Positions 18,280 to 62,970 of a stretch of 64,000 bases of DNA are shown here, one piece after another. Source of the stretch: the human T2T-CHM13v2.0 reference genome, Homo sapiens; NCBI RefSeq assembly GCF_009914755.1, contig NC_060940.1. One strand, 5' to 3'. The translations under genes were made by a program, and so were the position numbers. Numbering within the stretch: the first letter of the stretch is position 1; every line of letters begins with the position of its first letter. The notes beneath the pieces were generated by a model that worked only from the letters and a program-made list of their open reading frames with translations, had not been told where the DNA came from and searched no databases.

Positions 18280-19280
18280 GGACAGGTCTTACTCTGTCAT
18301 CCAGGCTGGAGTGTAATGGCATAATCACGGCTTACTGCAGACTCGACCTCCTGGGCTCAAACCATCTTCCCACCTCAGCTTCCTGTGTAGCTGGGACTAT
18401 GGGTGCATGCCACTGTGCCCGGCTAATTTTTTAATTTTTTGTAGAGACAGTAGTCTCACTATGTTGCCCAGGCTGGTCTCGAACTCCTGGCCTCAAGCAA
18501 TCCTCCTACCTCGGCCTCTCAAAATGCTTGCAGGCATAAGCCACCACACCCAGCCAATAATTCTTTACAAAGTTGGATACTAGACCTTGTCAAATATATC
18601 ATTTTCAAATATTTCCTCCTATATTGCAGGTTGTCTTTTCACTTTCTTGACAGTGTCCCTTGATGAACAAAAGCTTTTAATTATGAAATTATGACAAAGA
18701 CCAATTTATCTATTCTTTTCTCTTTTGTGTTTTTGATTTAAGAAATTATTGCCTTATGCAAGATAGGGAAGTTTTACCTCTACATTTTAGCTTTTTTTTT
18801 TTTTTTTTTTTTTTGAGATGGAGTCTTGCTCTGTCACCCAGGCTGGAGTGCAGTGGCGGGATCTTGGCTCACTGCAAGCTCCACCTCACGGGTTCACACC
18901 ATTCTCCAGCCTCAGCCTCCTGAGTAGCTGCGACTACCGAGTAGCAGGCACCTGCCTGCTCCTACGCCCATCTAATTTTGTTTTTGTATTCTTAGTAGAG
19001 ACGGGATTTCACCATGTTAGCCAGGATGGTCTCGATCTCCTGACCTCGTGATCCGCCTGCGTCGGCCTCCCAAAGTGCTGGGATTACAGGCATGAGCCAC
19101 TGCGCCCGGCTGAGTTTTAGCTCTTACATTTAGGCCTTTGATTCATTTTGAGTTAATTTTTTATATGGTGTTAGGTAGAGATCCAAATTCATTCTTTTGC
19201 ATATATGTGTAATTGTCCCAGTGCCATTTGTTGAAAAGACAAAAGTTTCTGTTTTGGTGGAAGATTTTTAACTACAAATT
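16860..19280 (-). mobile_element. Old L1M (L1MB-like) 3' region with nested Alus
   Basis: Antisense L1 3' motifs (atatttcatataaatggaataatacaa; attttacattcctaccagca; gttgagcatcttttcatgtgcttattggc; ccatttgttgaaaagac). Confidence 0.75.
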
Positions 19281-20588
19281 CAATTTCTTTTCTTTTTTTT
19301 TTTTTTTTGAGATGGAGTCTTGCTCTGTCACCCAGTCTAGAGTGCAGTAGCACAATCTCAGCTCACTGCAACCTCCACCTCCTGGTTCAAGCAATTCTCC
19401 TGCCTCAACCTCCCAAGTAGCTGGGATTTCAGGCGCATGCCACCATGACTGGTGAATAGTTTTTCCTTTTTTTTAGAGGTAAGGTTTCACTTTTTCCCTG
19501 GAACTGCAGGCAGGTGCCACCATGCCAGTCTAATTTTTGTATTTTAGTAGAGATGGGGGTCTTGCTATTTTGCCTAGGCTGGTCTCAAACTTCCAGGTTC
19601 ACGTGATTCTCCTATAGATTCCCCAGAAAAGAGCAGCAAACAGACTTGGCCTCTGTCCAAAGGGAGGGTGCCTTCGGGGGCTGCTGGAGCAGCATGTTCC
19701 CTGATAATCAGTGCTGGTGGGTGGTAGAGAACAATGTAACCACCTGCTAGGGGACAGTCAGGATTCCTGTGGCCACATGCCCAGCACAGACTTTCAAACA
19801 ACCTTTGGGCCCCTCCCCTCATTTTTTTTTTTTAAGAAAGAAGGTCTTGCTCTGTTGCCCAGGCTGGAGTGCAGTGGTGCAATTATGGCTCACTGCAGCC
19901 TAGAACTCCTGGACTCAACCAGTCCTCCCACCTCAGCCTCCTGAATAGCTGGAACTATACAGGTGCACACCACCGTGCCTGGCTCAGAAGTATAGTTTTC
20001 TACCTTTATGATGTGGAAGACCCTCCAGAGCTTGCCATGAAACCCAGAAACGACAAAGTAGTATATAATATTTAAATACATAAACATTCAAGTCTATATA
20101 AGAAAAGACACATTAACTGATGTTAAATAACGGAAATACTTGACACATACATAAAGGACAAAGACACATACATATATATACATACACACATATATATATA
20201 TCTCCATCATATAAATCAGTGAGAAAATATGAACAATTTGTTAGTAAAAAATGGGCTGAAGAAATAAATGGGCTATTCATAGAAGAAAAAACATCCAGTG
20301 CCTAATAACCATATGAAAATATGCCTAATTTTACCTAAGGATTTATAGACAGATAATATCTAGTATTATCAACAGAATCGGAAATAGGCATCCCCATAGG
20401 CTATTGGTAAGATCAAGCTTTTTGGAGGACAATTTGGCACTATTTATTAAATTTTAAAAGTGCACCCCTGGCGGGGCGTGGTGGGTCACGCCTGTAATCC
20501 CAGCACTTTGGGAGGCTGAGGCAGGCGGATCACGAGGTCAGGAGATGGAGACCATCCTGGCTAACACAGTGAAACCCCATCTCTACTA

Positions 20589-21102
<514 letters not shown>

Positions 21103-21109
21103 TAGGAAG

Positions 21110-25010
<3,901 letters not shown>

Positions 25011-25230
25011 AAGAAGGAGGAAAAGGGGGAAGCCCCACTCTGGGAACCAAAGCCGGGCCCTTAGTTGTGTGAGGTCTCCGTAACATTCTTCCACACTGAC
25101 AGCCGTCTCCCTTACCTCTCTTTCACTAAGCACACACTCCATGTGGTTTCCTTTCTTTCCCTCCCTCCCTCCCTCCCTCTCTCTCTTTTCCTTCCCCTTC
25201 CTCTCCCCCTTCCCCTTCCTCCTTTCTTAG

Positions 25231-25407
<177 letters not shown>

Positions 25408-26262
25408 TAGCCTCCCAAAGTGCTGGGATTACAGGCGTGAGCCACCGTGCCCAGCCTCCATGTGGTTTTCTGTTTTGCACTCTGTAAAATCCTTCCCATC
25501 CTCCAACCTCAGGCAGTGGAGCCCAGGGTTGTCCAGCTGTTTGAATAGGGAGAAGAGGGGAGAAAATAGGAGGGAAAAACAGTGGTTACTTCTCAGAAAT
25601 GGCATCCCACTCTTTCCAGCACCTGGGAGTAGATGAACATGGACACAAACCAGGGTGGTCAGCTGCAAGTTCAGAAAGGCAAAAACCTGAGGTCAGGAGT
25701 TTGAGACCAGCCTGGCCAACATGGTGAAACCCCCTCTCTACTAAAAATACAAAAAATTAGCTGGGCGTGGTGGCGTGCACCTGTAGCCCCTGCTACTCAG
25801 GGGGCTGAGAGGAGAATGGCTTGAACCCAGGAGGCAGAGGTTGCAGTGAGCTGAGATCACACCACTGCAATCCAGCCTGGGCAACAGAGTGAGACTGTCC
25901 CAAAAAAAAAAATAAATAAATAAAAGCAAAAGCCTGGAAATGAGTCAAATGAAATTTTTAAACAGCTAAATGAAATCTAGAAGCCTTCCCTGGATAACTA
26001 AGAAGCAGTTAAAATAAGTGGGGGTAGATCTGTATTTACTGACCTAGGAATATCTTTAAGACATAATATTGAGTAAGAAAAGCATGTTGGCTGGCCACGG
26101 TGACTCATGCCTGTAATCTCAACACTTGGGGAGGCTGAGGCAGGTAGATCATGAGGCCAGGAGTTCGAGACCAGCCTGACCAACATGGTGAAACCCTGTC
26201 TCTACTAAAAATACAAAAATTAGCCAGGTGTGGTGGCGTGCACATGTAACCCCAGCTACTCA

Positions 26263-26586
<324 letters not shown>

Positions 26587-26994
26587 CTATTTGCAGATTA
26601 CATGCCTAATAGAAAATATTTCTAAAGGGGAAAAAAGCAAAGCAAGCCTCTTGTATTGACTGGATGCTTCAAAGGCACCAGGAAGTAGGGAGGCACTGTG
26701 TGCTGAGGTTTCACACTGGGTGGGCTGCAGGAGGAGCCAAACAAGCGCTCCACCCTGTCCACAACACCAGCAGCAAGGGCTGTCCCAGGCTCCCTTACAT
26801 TACTCTACTTCCACTCACAGCCCCTTAGTAGTGTGCCTGTGCATTCACATGGCAGATGCGGGTAGTGGCAGAGGCAGCAGCCTGGAGCAAGACCAGCAGG
26901 TGTCCAGGCCCTTGCCTCATTGGAGGCTTGGTGAGCCTGGTGGGAGGAGGTTTCTTCTGACGTGCCTCCCTCTCCGGGCTGTTTTCTGACCCAG

Positions 26995-27182
26995 GTATGG
27001 CGGTGGATTGGTTACTGTCCTCAGTTTGATGCTCTGCTGAACTTCATGACAGGCCATGAGATGCTGGTCATGTATGCCCAGATCGGGGGCATCCCAGAGC
27101 ACCCCATCAGTGCTTGTGTGGACCAGATTCTTGAGGATTTAGTCATGTACATGTACGCCAACAAGCTGGTCAAGACCTACAG
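26995..27182 (+). pseudogene. ABCA17P: ABCA17P exon relic (NBD2 Q-loop)
   Basis: ccag|[35 protein letters not shown]...ANKLVKTY|gtgaga, 188 nt. Confidence 0.92.
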
Positions 27183-27920
27183 GTGAGATCTGGGGCTTCC
27201 TTCAGGCCCTCCACCTCCAGTTACAAGATAAGTTCCAGTTCTTCCCAGACCTGGAGAGCAGGGCAAAGCCCCCAGCTCTGGGCATGAGGTCACTGCGCAG
27301 GTGGTTGGGGGCGGCCTGCAGGAAGAGGTAAGTGGCCTGGGCTGCCTCAAGGCACCCCTTCCTCTTGGTCCTGGGCTTGACTGGATTATGAAGCTGACCC
27401 AGGCCAAAGGCAGCTTACGTGGCTGAGGTCAGGCAGATGGCACCACAGGTGTTACTGTCCTGATAAGGTGAGGACGGACCTTTCTCCCTGCCACTTTATG
27501 AAGGGCTATTTTCAGTAAGTTTGCATTTTAAGCCCAGAGTTACCTCATACCACTGGGTCTGCGGTACTTGAACTACTGATGTTCTGCTAAGGCGCATGGG
27601 GTATTTCTCAGGCTTCTGTTGTCAGTGATAGAAGCCCGACTCCAATTAAAGCAAGGCCACAGGCCCCGCAGGTCCAAGGACTCCCTTCGTGTTGTGTGCA
27701 GCGCCCCCGGAGGCACACAGCGGTACTGCACACCCAGGATTGGGAGGTAGAGGTGCCCACGCCTCTAGCAAAGTGAGCCCGGGGTCAGATGATGATGTCC
27801 CTTGGGTCTTCTCTCTTTGGTGGCTCCTGTTTCAAGCAGGTTTTTACGTTTCCCTGCATCTTCTGAAGATCAAATGAGTTCACATTTGCGAAGTTTAGAA
27901 CAGTGTGTTGCACATAGTAA

Positions 27921-28247
<327 letters not shown>

Positions 28248-28575
28248 TAAGTTAGCTAAGATGGGCCAATGCCTTTCCTCTCAGATGGAGAGGTGCTTGC
28301 CCTCAACACTTCAAACCCTCAAAGAAGACTCGTCGGCCATGTGCTCACCCTGGACTCATCCCTGTGTCCAGGGGAACAAGTTATTTCCTGAGTGGATAGC
28401 CCAAGCCACAATTCAGCTCTGGGTGAAAGTGGTGGACTGCATTGCTGAAAGCCCCATGAGGGGTGTGGGAATACTTCCTGAATAGAGAAGGAAAGGGGGT
28501 GAGTGTTGAGCCGGCAGTGCTCACTGCTGGAGACTGACCATTGCCGTCACCCAACCTTCTCCCTTCCACCCCCGG

Positions 28576-28750
28576 TGGTGGTAACAAGCCGAAGTTGAGC
28601 ACTGGCATTGATCGCCCTGATTGGAGAGCCTGCCTTCATCTTCCTGGATGAGCCATCCACTGGCATGGACCCCGTGGCCCGGCGCCTGTTCTGGAATGCT
28701 GTGGCACACGCCCACGAGTCTGGCAAGGCCATCATCATCACCTCCCATAG
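28576..28750 (+). pseudogene. ABCA17P: ABCA17P exon relic (NBD2 signature, Walker B, H-loop); dead acceptor and 4-nt insertion
   Basis: Preceded by cgg instead of cag. Reads [10 protein letters not shown], then an extra ATTG (~28607-28610), then [46 protein letters not shown]; donor gtagag. Confidence 0.9.
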
Positions 28751-28993
28751 GTAGAGCCTGGGTCTGTGGGTCACTGGAAGTTTCAAAACCAGGTAGGCTG
28801 GGAAGAAGCCAGGTGGCCAGAAGACCCATCAGCAACTGGTGGAGAGTCTTTGAGGAGATTCCCTAGGCTCTGCACCTGAGCCACACTCTGAGCATTGGTA
28901 TCAGGAATGGCCTGATCAGGCCACCAACGCCTTCCTGTCTGCATGAGCCTTTGACACCCCCAGCCCTGTCTCAGGCCCCCACCCTCTCCCCAG

Positions 28994-29233
<240 letters not shown>

Positions 29234-29392
29234 TAGGCATTTCCCATCTGCCGTGAGGAGAGTCTGTGCCTCGCCCCTCCCACGTCCCATCTCCCTGATC
29301 CCTGGGATGAGGACCCCAATGCCGAGCACCCAGGCACCCTCCCTGATCCTCCAGCCCAGCCGTCACAGCAACGCCATCTCTCCTTCGTGCAG

Positions 29393-29466
29393 GCAGCGTT
29401 CTTGAAGACAAGCACCAAGGCATGGTCCATTACCACCTGCTGGGCCGCGACCTCAGCTGGGCGAAG
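29393..29466 (+). pseudogene. ABCA17P: ABCA17P exon relic with dead donor
   Basis: cag|(G)[24 protein letters not shown] followed by ttgagc instead of gtgag; 74 nt. Confidence 0.88.
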
Positions 29467-29974
29467 TTGAGCGCACATTTTTGACGTGACCCACTTTCTG
29501 GGGTAACTCTGTCTCTCTCTCTCTCTCTCCCTGTCTTTCTCTCCTCCCCATCCTCCTGAAGTCATGTTCAGTGCTGCCCCTGTCCTCTGCCATCTCCATG
29601 GCAACGTTCACGTGGATTTCATAGAACAGAAGGTGTTTCTGCTGGAAGGGACTTTGAAGATTGGCTCCTCCTGCCCACTTATTTCATGGAGAGGAGAGCA
29701 GGCCCAGAGAGGGAACACCAGATGCCTGGGGACACACAGCAAGCCAGGGACCCCACCAGGCCTCTGGCCTTCTGACACCACTCCTACCCAAGAGCACAGA
29801 CAGCTGAGATCCATAGCACTGACTTCTCAGGAGGTGTTCTGGAGCAGCTGAGAGAGGGATGGGCCTCTTTGGGGCCTTGTCACAGTCCCGGAGGCCAGCC
29901 CTTCCCACCCTCTCTCCTCCCCCGTGTGCATCTGTGGGACAGCCTGGCCACAGCAGCCTCTTCCCTCCCCTCAG

Positions 29975-30255
29975 GTGTTTGGCACTCTGGAGCAAGCCAA
30001 GAAGTACATGCTGGACAACTACTCAGCAGTCAGGTCACCATGGAGGACGTCTTCCTGAGCTTCGCCTGCCCTGTGCCCCTGGTCTAAAGCGAAGACCAAC
30101 GAGAGCAAGCAGAGCAGGTGGGCTCCTCATCGTGCTCGCTGCCTCCTTCCCTGCCTCCCTCTCGGCTTTCCTCTCAGTCTCCCTCCCTGCCTCCCTCTCA
30201 GATTTTCTCTCGGCCTCCCTCCCTGCCTCCTCCCTCAGAGCCTGTCCTGCTGTAA
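29975..30255 (+). pseudogene. ABCA17P: ABCA17P terminal coding exon relic
   Basis: cag|VFGTLEQAKKYMLDNYS, frameshift, SQVTMEDVFLSFACPVPLV* (TAA 30085-87). The same frame continues as a Pro/Ser-rich tail to TAA at 30253-55. Confidence 0.8.
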
Positions 30256-31082
30256 TAAGGACAGACCAGTGCCAGGTTGGCCCAGGTGTGCATGGCCTTC
30301 CCTGGGTTTCCAGGGCGTACAGAGGCAGCTCTCGACCTAGCTAGCTCAGCACAGGGCTGTCCCCCTAACTGCAGTGCACGGAGCAGAGTGGGGCCCACTG
30401 GAGAACTTAAGAGGCCCGCTGGAGAACCCAGGTGCGTTTCCTTAGAAAGGGATGCCCAAGTCCCACCTGAGTAGCCTGTGGTCTTATTGAGACCTGGCTG
30501 TGGAAGCAGCCTCAGAACATCTTGCATGTCCTTTCCAAGGGCGGTGGCCAGGGGGTGACTACAGTACTAACCATGACCCGACCAGGTGCCAACTCTGTGG
30601 TTGGTCCCCTGCAGGCATTGCGTCATTTGATCACATCACCCTCAGGCCCGGCCTTAAGGGGTCTGTCCTGGTCATCCCCTTGCTCATGGGCAAGAAGTCT
30701 GCAGGGCAGAGGGAAATGCTCACCCAAAGCTTGCGCTCTTCCTTCTCTAGAATCCCCTGCCCAGATGGTTTGTCCATCCAGTGCACTCGCTCCCAGGGCA
30801 GGCCATGCCGCCCAACGCACCCTGAGATGCGAGATGCAGCAAAGCAGTGGCTCTGCAGAACTTCGGGTAGAGTTTGGATGGGTGCGTGGAGGTTTCCACA
30901 CATGTGTGCAGATCCCTTGGAAAGCAGGATAGAGCCAGAAACAGAGAGGAGGGTGCCCGTAGGCCGGTGGGGGCTGGCTCCCATGGTCACATGCAAGAGT
31001 GAAGCTTCATGGAGACCATGATTCTAAACTCACACCTGGCCTCACAGGTGGTAATGTCACTGTTCTTCTGAAGGAAGGAGGA

Positions 31083-31088
31083 AATAAA
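31083..31088 (+). terminator. Probable poly(A) signal of ABCA17P
   Basis: First AATAAA I find downstream of the terminal coding relic. Confidence 0.55.
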
Positions 31089-31311
31089 TATTGACAAGTT
31101 TGCTAGCCTAAGTCGGGATGTCACAATATTTAAATATTTGGATGTGTGGGCTTTCATCCTCTTCCCTGGCTCCTGCAAATTTAGGGCTGCATGTGATCCT
31201 ATATCCACCCATGAAGTGGACAGCGCCCCACCTCCCACATGGGTAGACTGGCTTAGAGGCAGCCAGTAACTTCCCACATCAACAGACAGGGGAGCCAGGG
31301 TTGCACTGGGG

Positions 31312-31493
31312 CAGAGGTTCTCGCAGTGGGGTCCCAGCAGTAGCAGCACCATCAGGAAACTTGTTAGAAATGTAGGTTCTTGGGCCCCACCCAAAACTTA
31401 CTGAATCAGAAATGCCTGGGGCAGGGCCAGCAATCCATGTTGCAAGAAGCCCTACAGCAGGTACTCTGGCGCAGCTCCAGCATGAGAACCACT
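31312..31493. mobile_element. MER5A-like hAT DNA transposon
   Basis: cagaggttctc...gaaacttgttagaaatgtaggttcttgggccccaccc...actgaatcagaa...tgagaaccactg with inverted termini. Confidence 0.75.
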
Positions 31494-33611
31494 GAGCAGA
31501 GGCCCCATGGGCGCCAGACCATCACACTGTCCAGATGCAGATGGATGTGGCCACATGCCTTTGTCATGTACACTCACCTCTCTTCTGAGACGGGCTCCAT
31601 CCCGCGGCCTTTCTCTCTCTGTGGAGTTCACTCTGCCCCTTGCCACAGGCCCCTCAGCTCCTCTCTGGGAAGTGCAGATGCTGGTCTCTGCCCCTTCTCA
31701 GCCAGGACTCAGGAAAGGGTCATGCACAGGCCTTGCCTATGGTTCCTGCACCCCTTGCCCAGAACAACGGCGTTGCACACCCATGGTCGCCAACCCACCC
31801 TCCTCAGTCCTCGTTTCAGGTGACTGCTCCCTGTGATGAAAGCCACTCCCTGGGCTCCCATATCCAGCTCTCATTCCTCCCATGCCCCTCTCTGCCTCCA
31901 CTGAAGGCCCATCTTCTTCTCTGAATGTGGGATTTCTCAGGCTCCCAAGCTACTTCACTTTCCCTTCTCTCCCCTGCCCCTCACTACCCATAACGTTTTC
32001 AACCGACACCTCATTCCACCAGGAATTTCCCTGAGCTCCTAACAGTTTAGACTTTTCCAACAAGGTCTCACCTTCCTGAAGCCCAGTGGGAAACGGGCCC
32101 ACACCCTGGAGGAGCCACTTATCACCCCAGGGCAGCCCTGGAGGCTCCCACTGCCAGTGCAGGGTGTGGGGCGAGAGCAGGCATGGCTGCAGTCAAGACA
32201 ACTCCTGCTCCCTGAAAAAGAAATTTGCCTGTCCATGTTGAAAGGAGAGTGATCAGGACACAAAGCACAGGATAGAGCTAAACAACAACCTAGGGACCAA
32301 GGATGCTGTTCTAGATTCTAGAGGCAGCTGGTGTGGCTAATGTGCTCATGGCTGGCTCTAGTTGATTAATCCCTTCAAGATGCTATGGAAGCTAACCCTG
32401 AAAGTGCACCTCTGCCCTAGGGGGAGACAGGTAACAGTGACAAAGTAGGAAACAGTAACCCAGGAGGACAAAAGTGAGATAAGGGGATAATAAATCTGGG
32501 GGCTGAGAACATGGGACATCTGGGGAGCAGGCCCCAAACTCGCTCAGCCTGTCCTCTCTTCACCCTCCTTCACCCGCTTCCTGATTCCGGGACAGGGAAT
32601 AGTCCCAACTTCCAGACCCTCTCTGGGGCCACGGACTCTTCTGTACCCTGTGCTGTGATCACCTGTTCACTCTGTCTCTTGCCCCAGGCCGGCTGAAGCC
32701 TGCACGCCAGGGCTCCTGTCTGTGTGCCCAGGGCAGGCCCAGTACTTGAAGGAGTTCTATGGGGACCCGGAAGGATGGAAGGGTGCAGACTGAGGGAAGC
32801 GTGAGGGAGGGGTGGGCAGCCTTGGCCCAGGCCCCTGCCTTCCCCAGGAAAAGCCCCCTCTGTCCTCCACCAGACAGTCAGGAGGCTGCGAGTCTTCCCC
32901 TTGACAGCCTGTGCCGTAAAAGGGGTGCGGTGTGGCTGACTCCTGAAGGACAGCTCAGATGGGCTCTGCCCAAGACAAGAGTGAGCAGATACGACACTTC
33001 CCGCGGCGAGCAGCTCCAGGTAGCAGCCGAGGAGGCCAGACAGGGGGCAGCATCTGGCCAAAGTGATGGGGAGGGCTTGCCCCGGGGCTGGAGCACTGAG
33101 GCGTCCAGGGTGCGCCACGTTTCGCGGGAAGAAGGGGTCAGCGTTCCGCGGGGGAGACTTCCAGCGTCAGCTCCGACCTCCTCTTTCTCTACCACGATCC
33201 CGGCCAGCATCCCCGCCCAGCAGCGGCTCAGCCACAAACCCAAGGGTCTCCACCTGAAGCAGGCGGCGGAAGGGAAGGCCGTGCAAGCTGGGGGTGAGGG
33301 TCGCGGGCCCAGGAGCGACCCCGGGACCCGGGCAGGGCACGGCCTCGTCTTAGAAGCGCCACGTCGAGGCTGTCCCAGGCTGGATCACGGCCGCGACTGC
33401 GAGGGACGCCAAGGAGTCCTCTTTCCCCTGGCCGCAGGCGTGCGCCTTCGCAGCCCATCTGGCACCGCAGATGCTGGTCGCCGGGGTCAGCGGCGAAGCC
33501 CGAACCCATGCGGCCGGGAGGGGACGCCCACAAACCCCTGCCCGCCGGCCGGGAAGCGCTCCTACGGGACCCCAGCCCCGTTGGGGAGGCGGGGCGGCCA
33601 CGCGGGTTCCA

Positions 33612-33782
33612 CCAATCAGCGGCCAATGTTCGAATTCGCGTCCTGGCGCGGCCAATGGCGGGTCCCGGAGCAGGCGGGGAGGGCGTGGAGGGCGGTAAAT
33701 GAGGCGAGCACAGGGCGGGACATGGGCGGGGCCGGCGGCGGCCCCCCCGGGCAGGCCAATGGGAGGGCCGGGTGCGTTTGAA
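33612..33782 (+). promoter_or_regulatory. CCNF: CCNF TATA-less cell-cycle core promoter: four CCAAT boxes, GC boxes, CHR
   Basis: CCAAT at 33612, 33623, 33652 and 33756; GGGCGG boxes; TTTGAA (CHR) at 33777-33782; TTCGAA variant at 33629-33634. Confidence 0.8.
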
Positions 33783-33896
33783 AACTGGGGTGGGCGGCGG
33801 GGCGGGGTCTGCGCCTGCGCGAGGGCTACGCGCGCTCCGGCCGGGGCGCGGGCGCGCTCTCAGGCGGGCTCCGGCGGCAGCGACGCGAGCGCGGCG

Positions 33897-61148
<27,252 letters not shown>

Positions 61149-62381
61149 GTGTGTCAGCACATTTGCCGCAGTGGATGTGTACTGAGGGGGCTGGAGGCGA
61201 AGGGTGGGAGCATAGCATAGGAACGCTGCATAGACCATGGAGGCCTTTGCGCAGAGAGCAGAGAGGATGACTTGCGGCCACCAAGTTTCTGTCTCCGCGG
61301 GAGTCCCGTGCAAGCCATCAGAATGTTGAAATGAGGGTGAAGAGCTCAGATCCCTCTCTTTGGAAAGTTTAGCCTGGAAGCAGTTGGCCACACTGTGTGG
61401 AGGGCACCTCTCTGTCCCTTCCGTGTCTCACTGTCTCTGGAAGCTTCAGCCCATGTGTGTCCTGGTGTTCCCAGCCCCACCAGAGCCCCGTGCCGGGAGC
61501 TGACAGCTTTCACGCTTAAGGCACGTGTGACCTGGGTAGTCAGACACCACTTGAGCCCCTGCCCACATCTGCTGGTTTGGGGCTTCAGTGGGGAGCTGAC
61601 AGCTGTGAGCACACCACTGTCCCCTCATCCACCTCGGCCTGCATGGGGCACCCACTTCCTTCTGGGTGGGGCTTCCATGGTAAGGGGGCCTGCGTCCCTG
61701 CACACTGCGAGGACTGCCTTGGCCACAGGCCCACTCCCTACGACACGTGACTCGTTTTAGAGCTCTGTCCCAGAGGCGTTCGTATGTGACCCACAGATGG
61801 CGTCAATGTGAACACCTCTCTTTGTGCTGAATTTCTGGGCCATTCTTTTCCTGTCTTATTTCTAAATTTCCTTCTTCCAAGATGAAAACAAAAGAAAAAC
61901 TTAAAACAGAAGGTATTAAAAAAACAAGAGATTCCCACCATTATTTAGGTTCACCTGCAAAACAAAAATCTTACTCCAGCCCCTCAATGCCATCCTGACA
62001 CACTTTATGCAAAAAGAATTTTCCCAGATAGGCTAGCCAGAAAAAACTTCAAGTCCTCTGTAACATCTGAGGTGACCAAGAGGCAGAAGAGCAGAGCAGT
62101 CGGGGGCCGTGTCCTGGCTGATCCCAACTGCAGCTCTGCTGTGGGGGCCCGTGGGAGGGAGGCAGACCCCTGGGCTTTCCTGCTGGCCACGGAGACTCTG
62201 CTCCTGCATGGAAAGGGAGCCTGGGAGCCAGCAGCCCACGCCTGGGGAGCCTGCCTGGGGCCATGTGACCATGGCCTCTCCCTGGGAACGGGCTGACCAC
62301 AACACACCCTGCTGCCATCCACTTCTGTTTACTCTGCAAATGTAAGAAAGAACCACTTGGCCAGAAGTGTCCCCCAGATGC

Positions 62382-62677
62382 TTTTTTTTTTTTTTTTTTG
62401 GAGACAGTTTTGCTCTTGTCTCCCCGGCTGGAGTGCAGTGGCATGATCTCAACTCTCAACTCACTGTAACCTCCGCCTCCCGGATACTCCTGCCTCAGCC
62501 TCCTGGGTAGCTGGGATTACAAGCACCCAACCACGCCCAGCTAATTTTTGTATTTTCGGTAGAGACGGGATTTCACCATGTTGGCCAGGCTAGTCTCGAA
62601 CTCATGACCTCAAGTGATCCGCCCACTTCGGTCTCCCAAAGTGCTGGGATTACAGGCATGAGCCACGGCGCCTGGCC
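62382..62677 (-). mobile_element. Antisense Alu in the CCNF 3' UTR
   Basis: Poly(T) followed by Alu reverse complement; ccccagatgct / ccccaaatgct TSD-like flanks. Confidence 0.9.
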
Positions 62678-62869
62678 CCCAAATGCTCTTGAACCGGAAA
62701 CCCAGGGATGGGAGATGCTCACTGAGCTGCTGCTTTTATGTGTGCTGGTGCTATGTGTGTTCATGTCCGCGGCAGCTGTCTTTTTGCTACTATAAGGGAA
62801 TTCTGGCCACCCTGGGTGGGGTGTGGTCGGGGTGAGAACCCAAGCGTTGGAACTGTAGACCCGTCCTGT

Positions 62870-62970
62870 CGACTGTGTGCCCCTGGGCATGTGTGAGCCT
62901 CAGTTTCCTCATCTGTAAGGGGGGCAATGATACCTACCTCACAGGGGTGTTGTGAGGATTAAATGTGAGG
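62870..62970 (+). mobile_element. MIR SINE core
   Basis: gcctcagtttcctcatctgtaa...atacctacctcacagg...gttgtgaggattaaatg matches the MIR core. Confidence 0.85.
62958..62963 (+). terminator. CCNF: Probable CCNF poly(A) signal ATTAAA
   Basis: Distal hexamer; would give a ~4.3-kb mRNA, consistent with my recollection of the transcript size. Confidence 0.65.
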
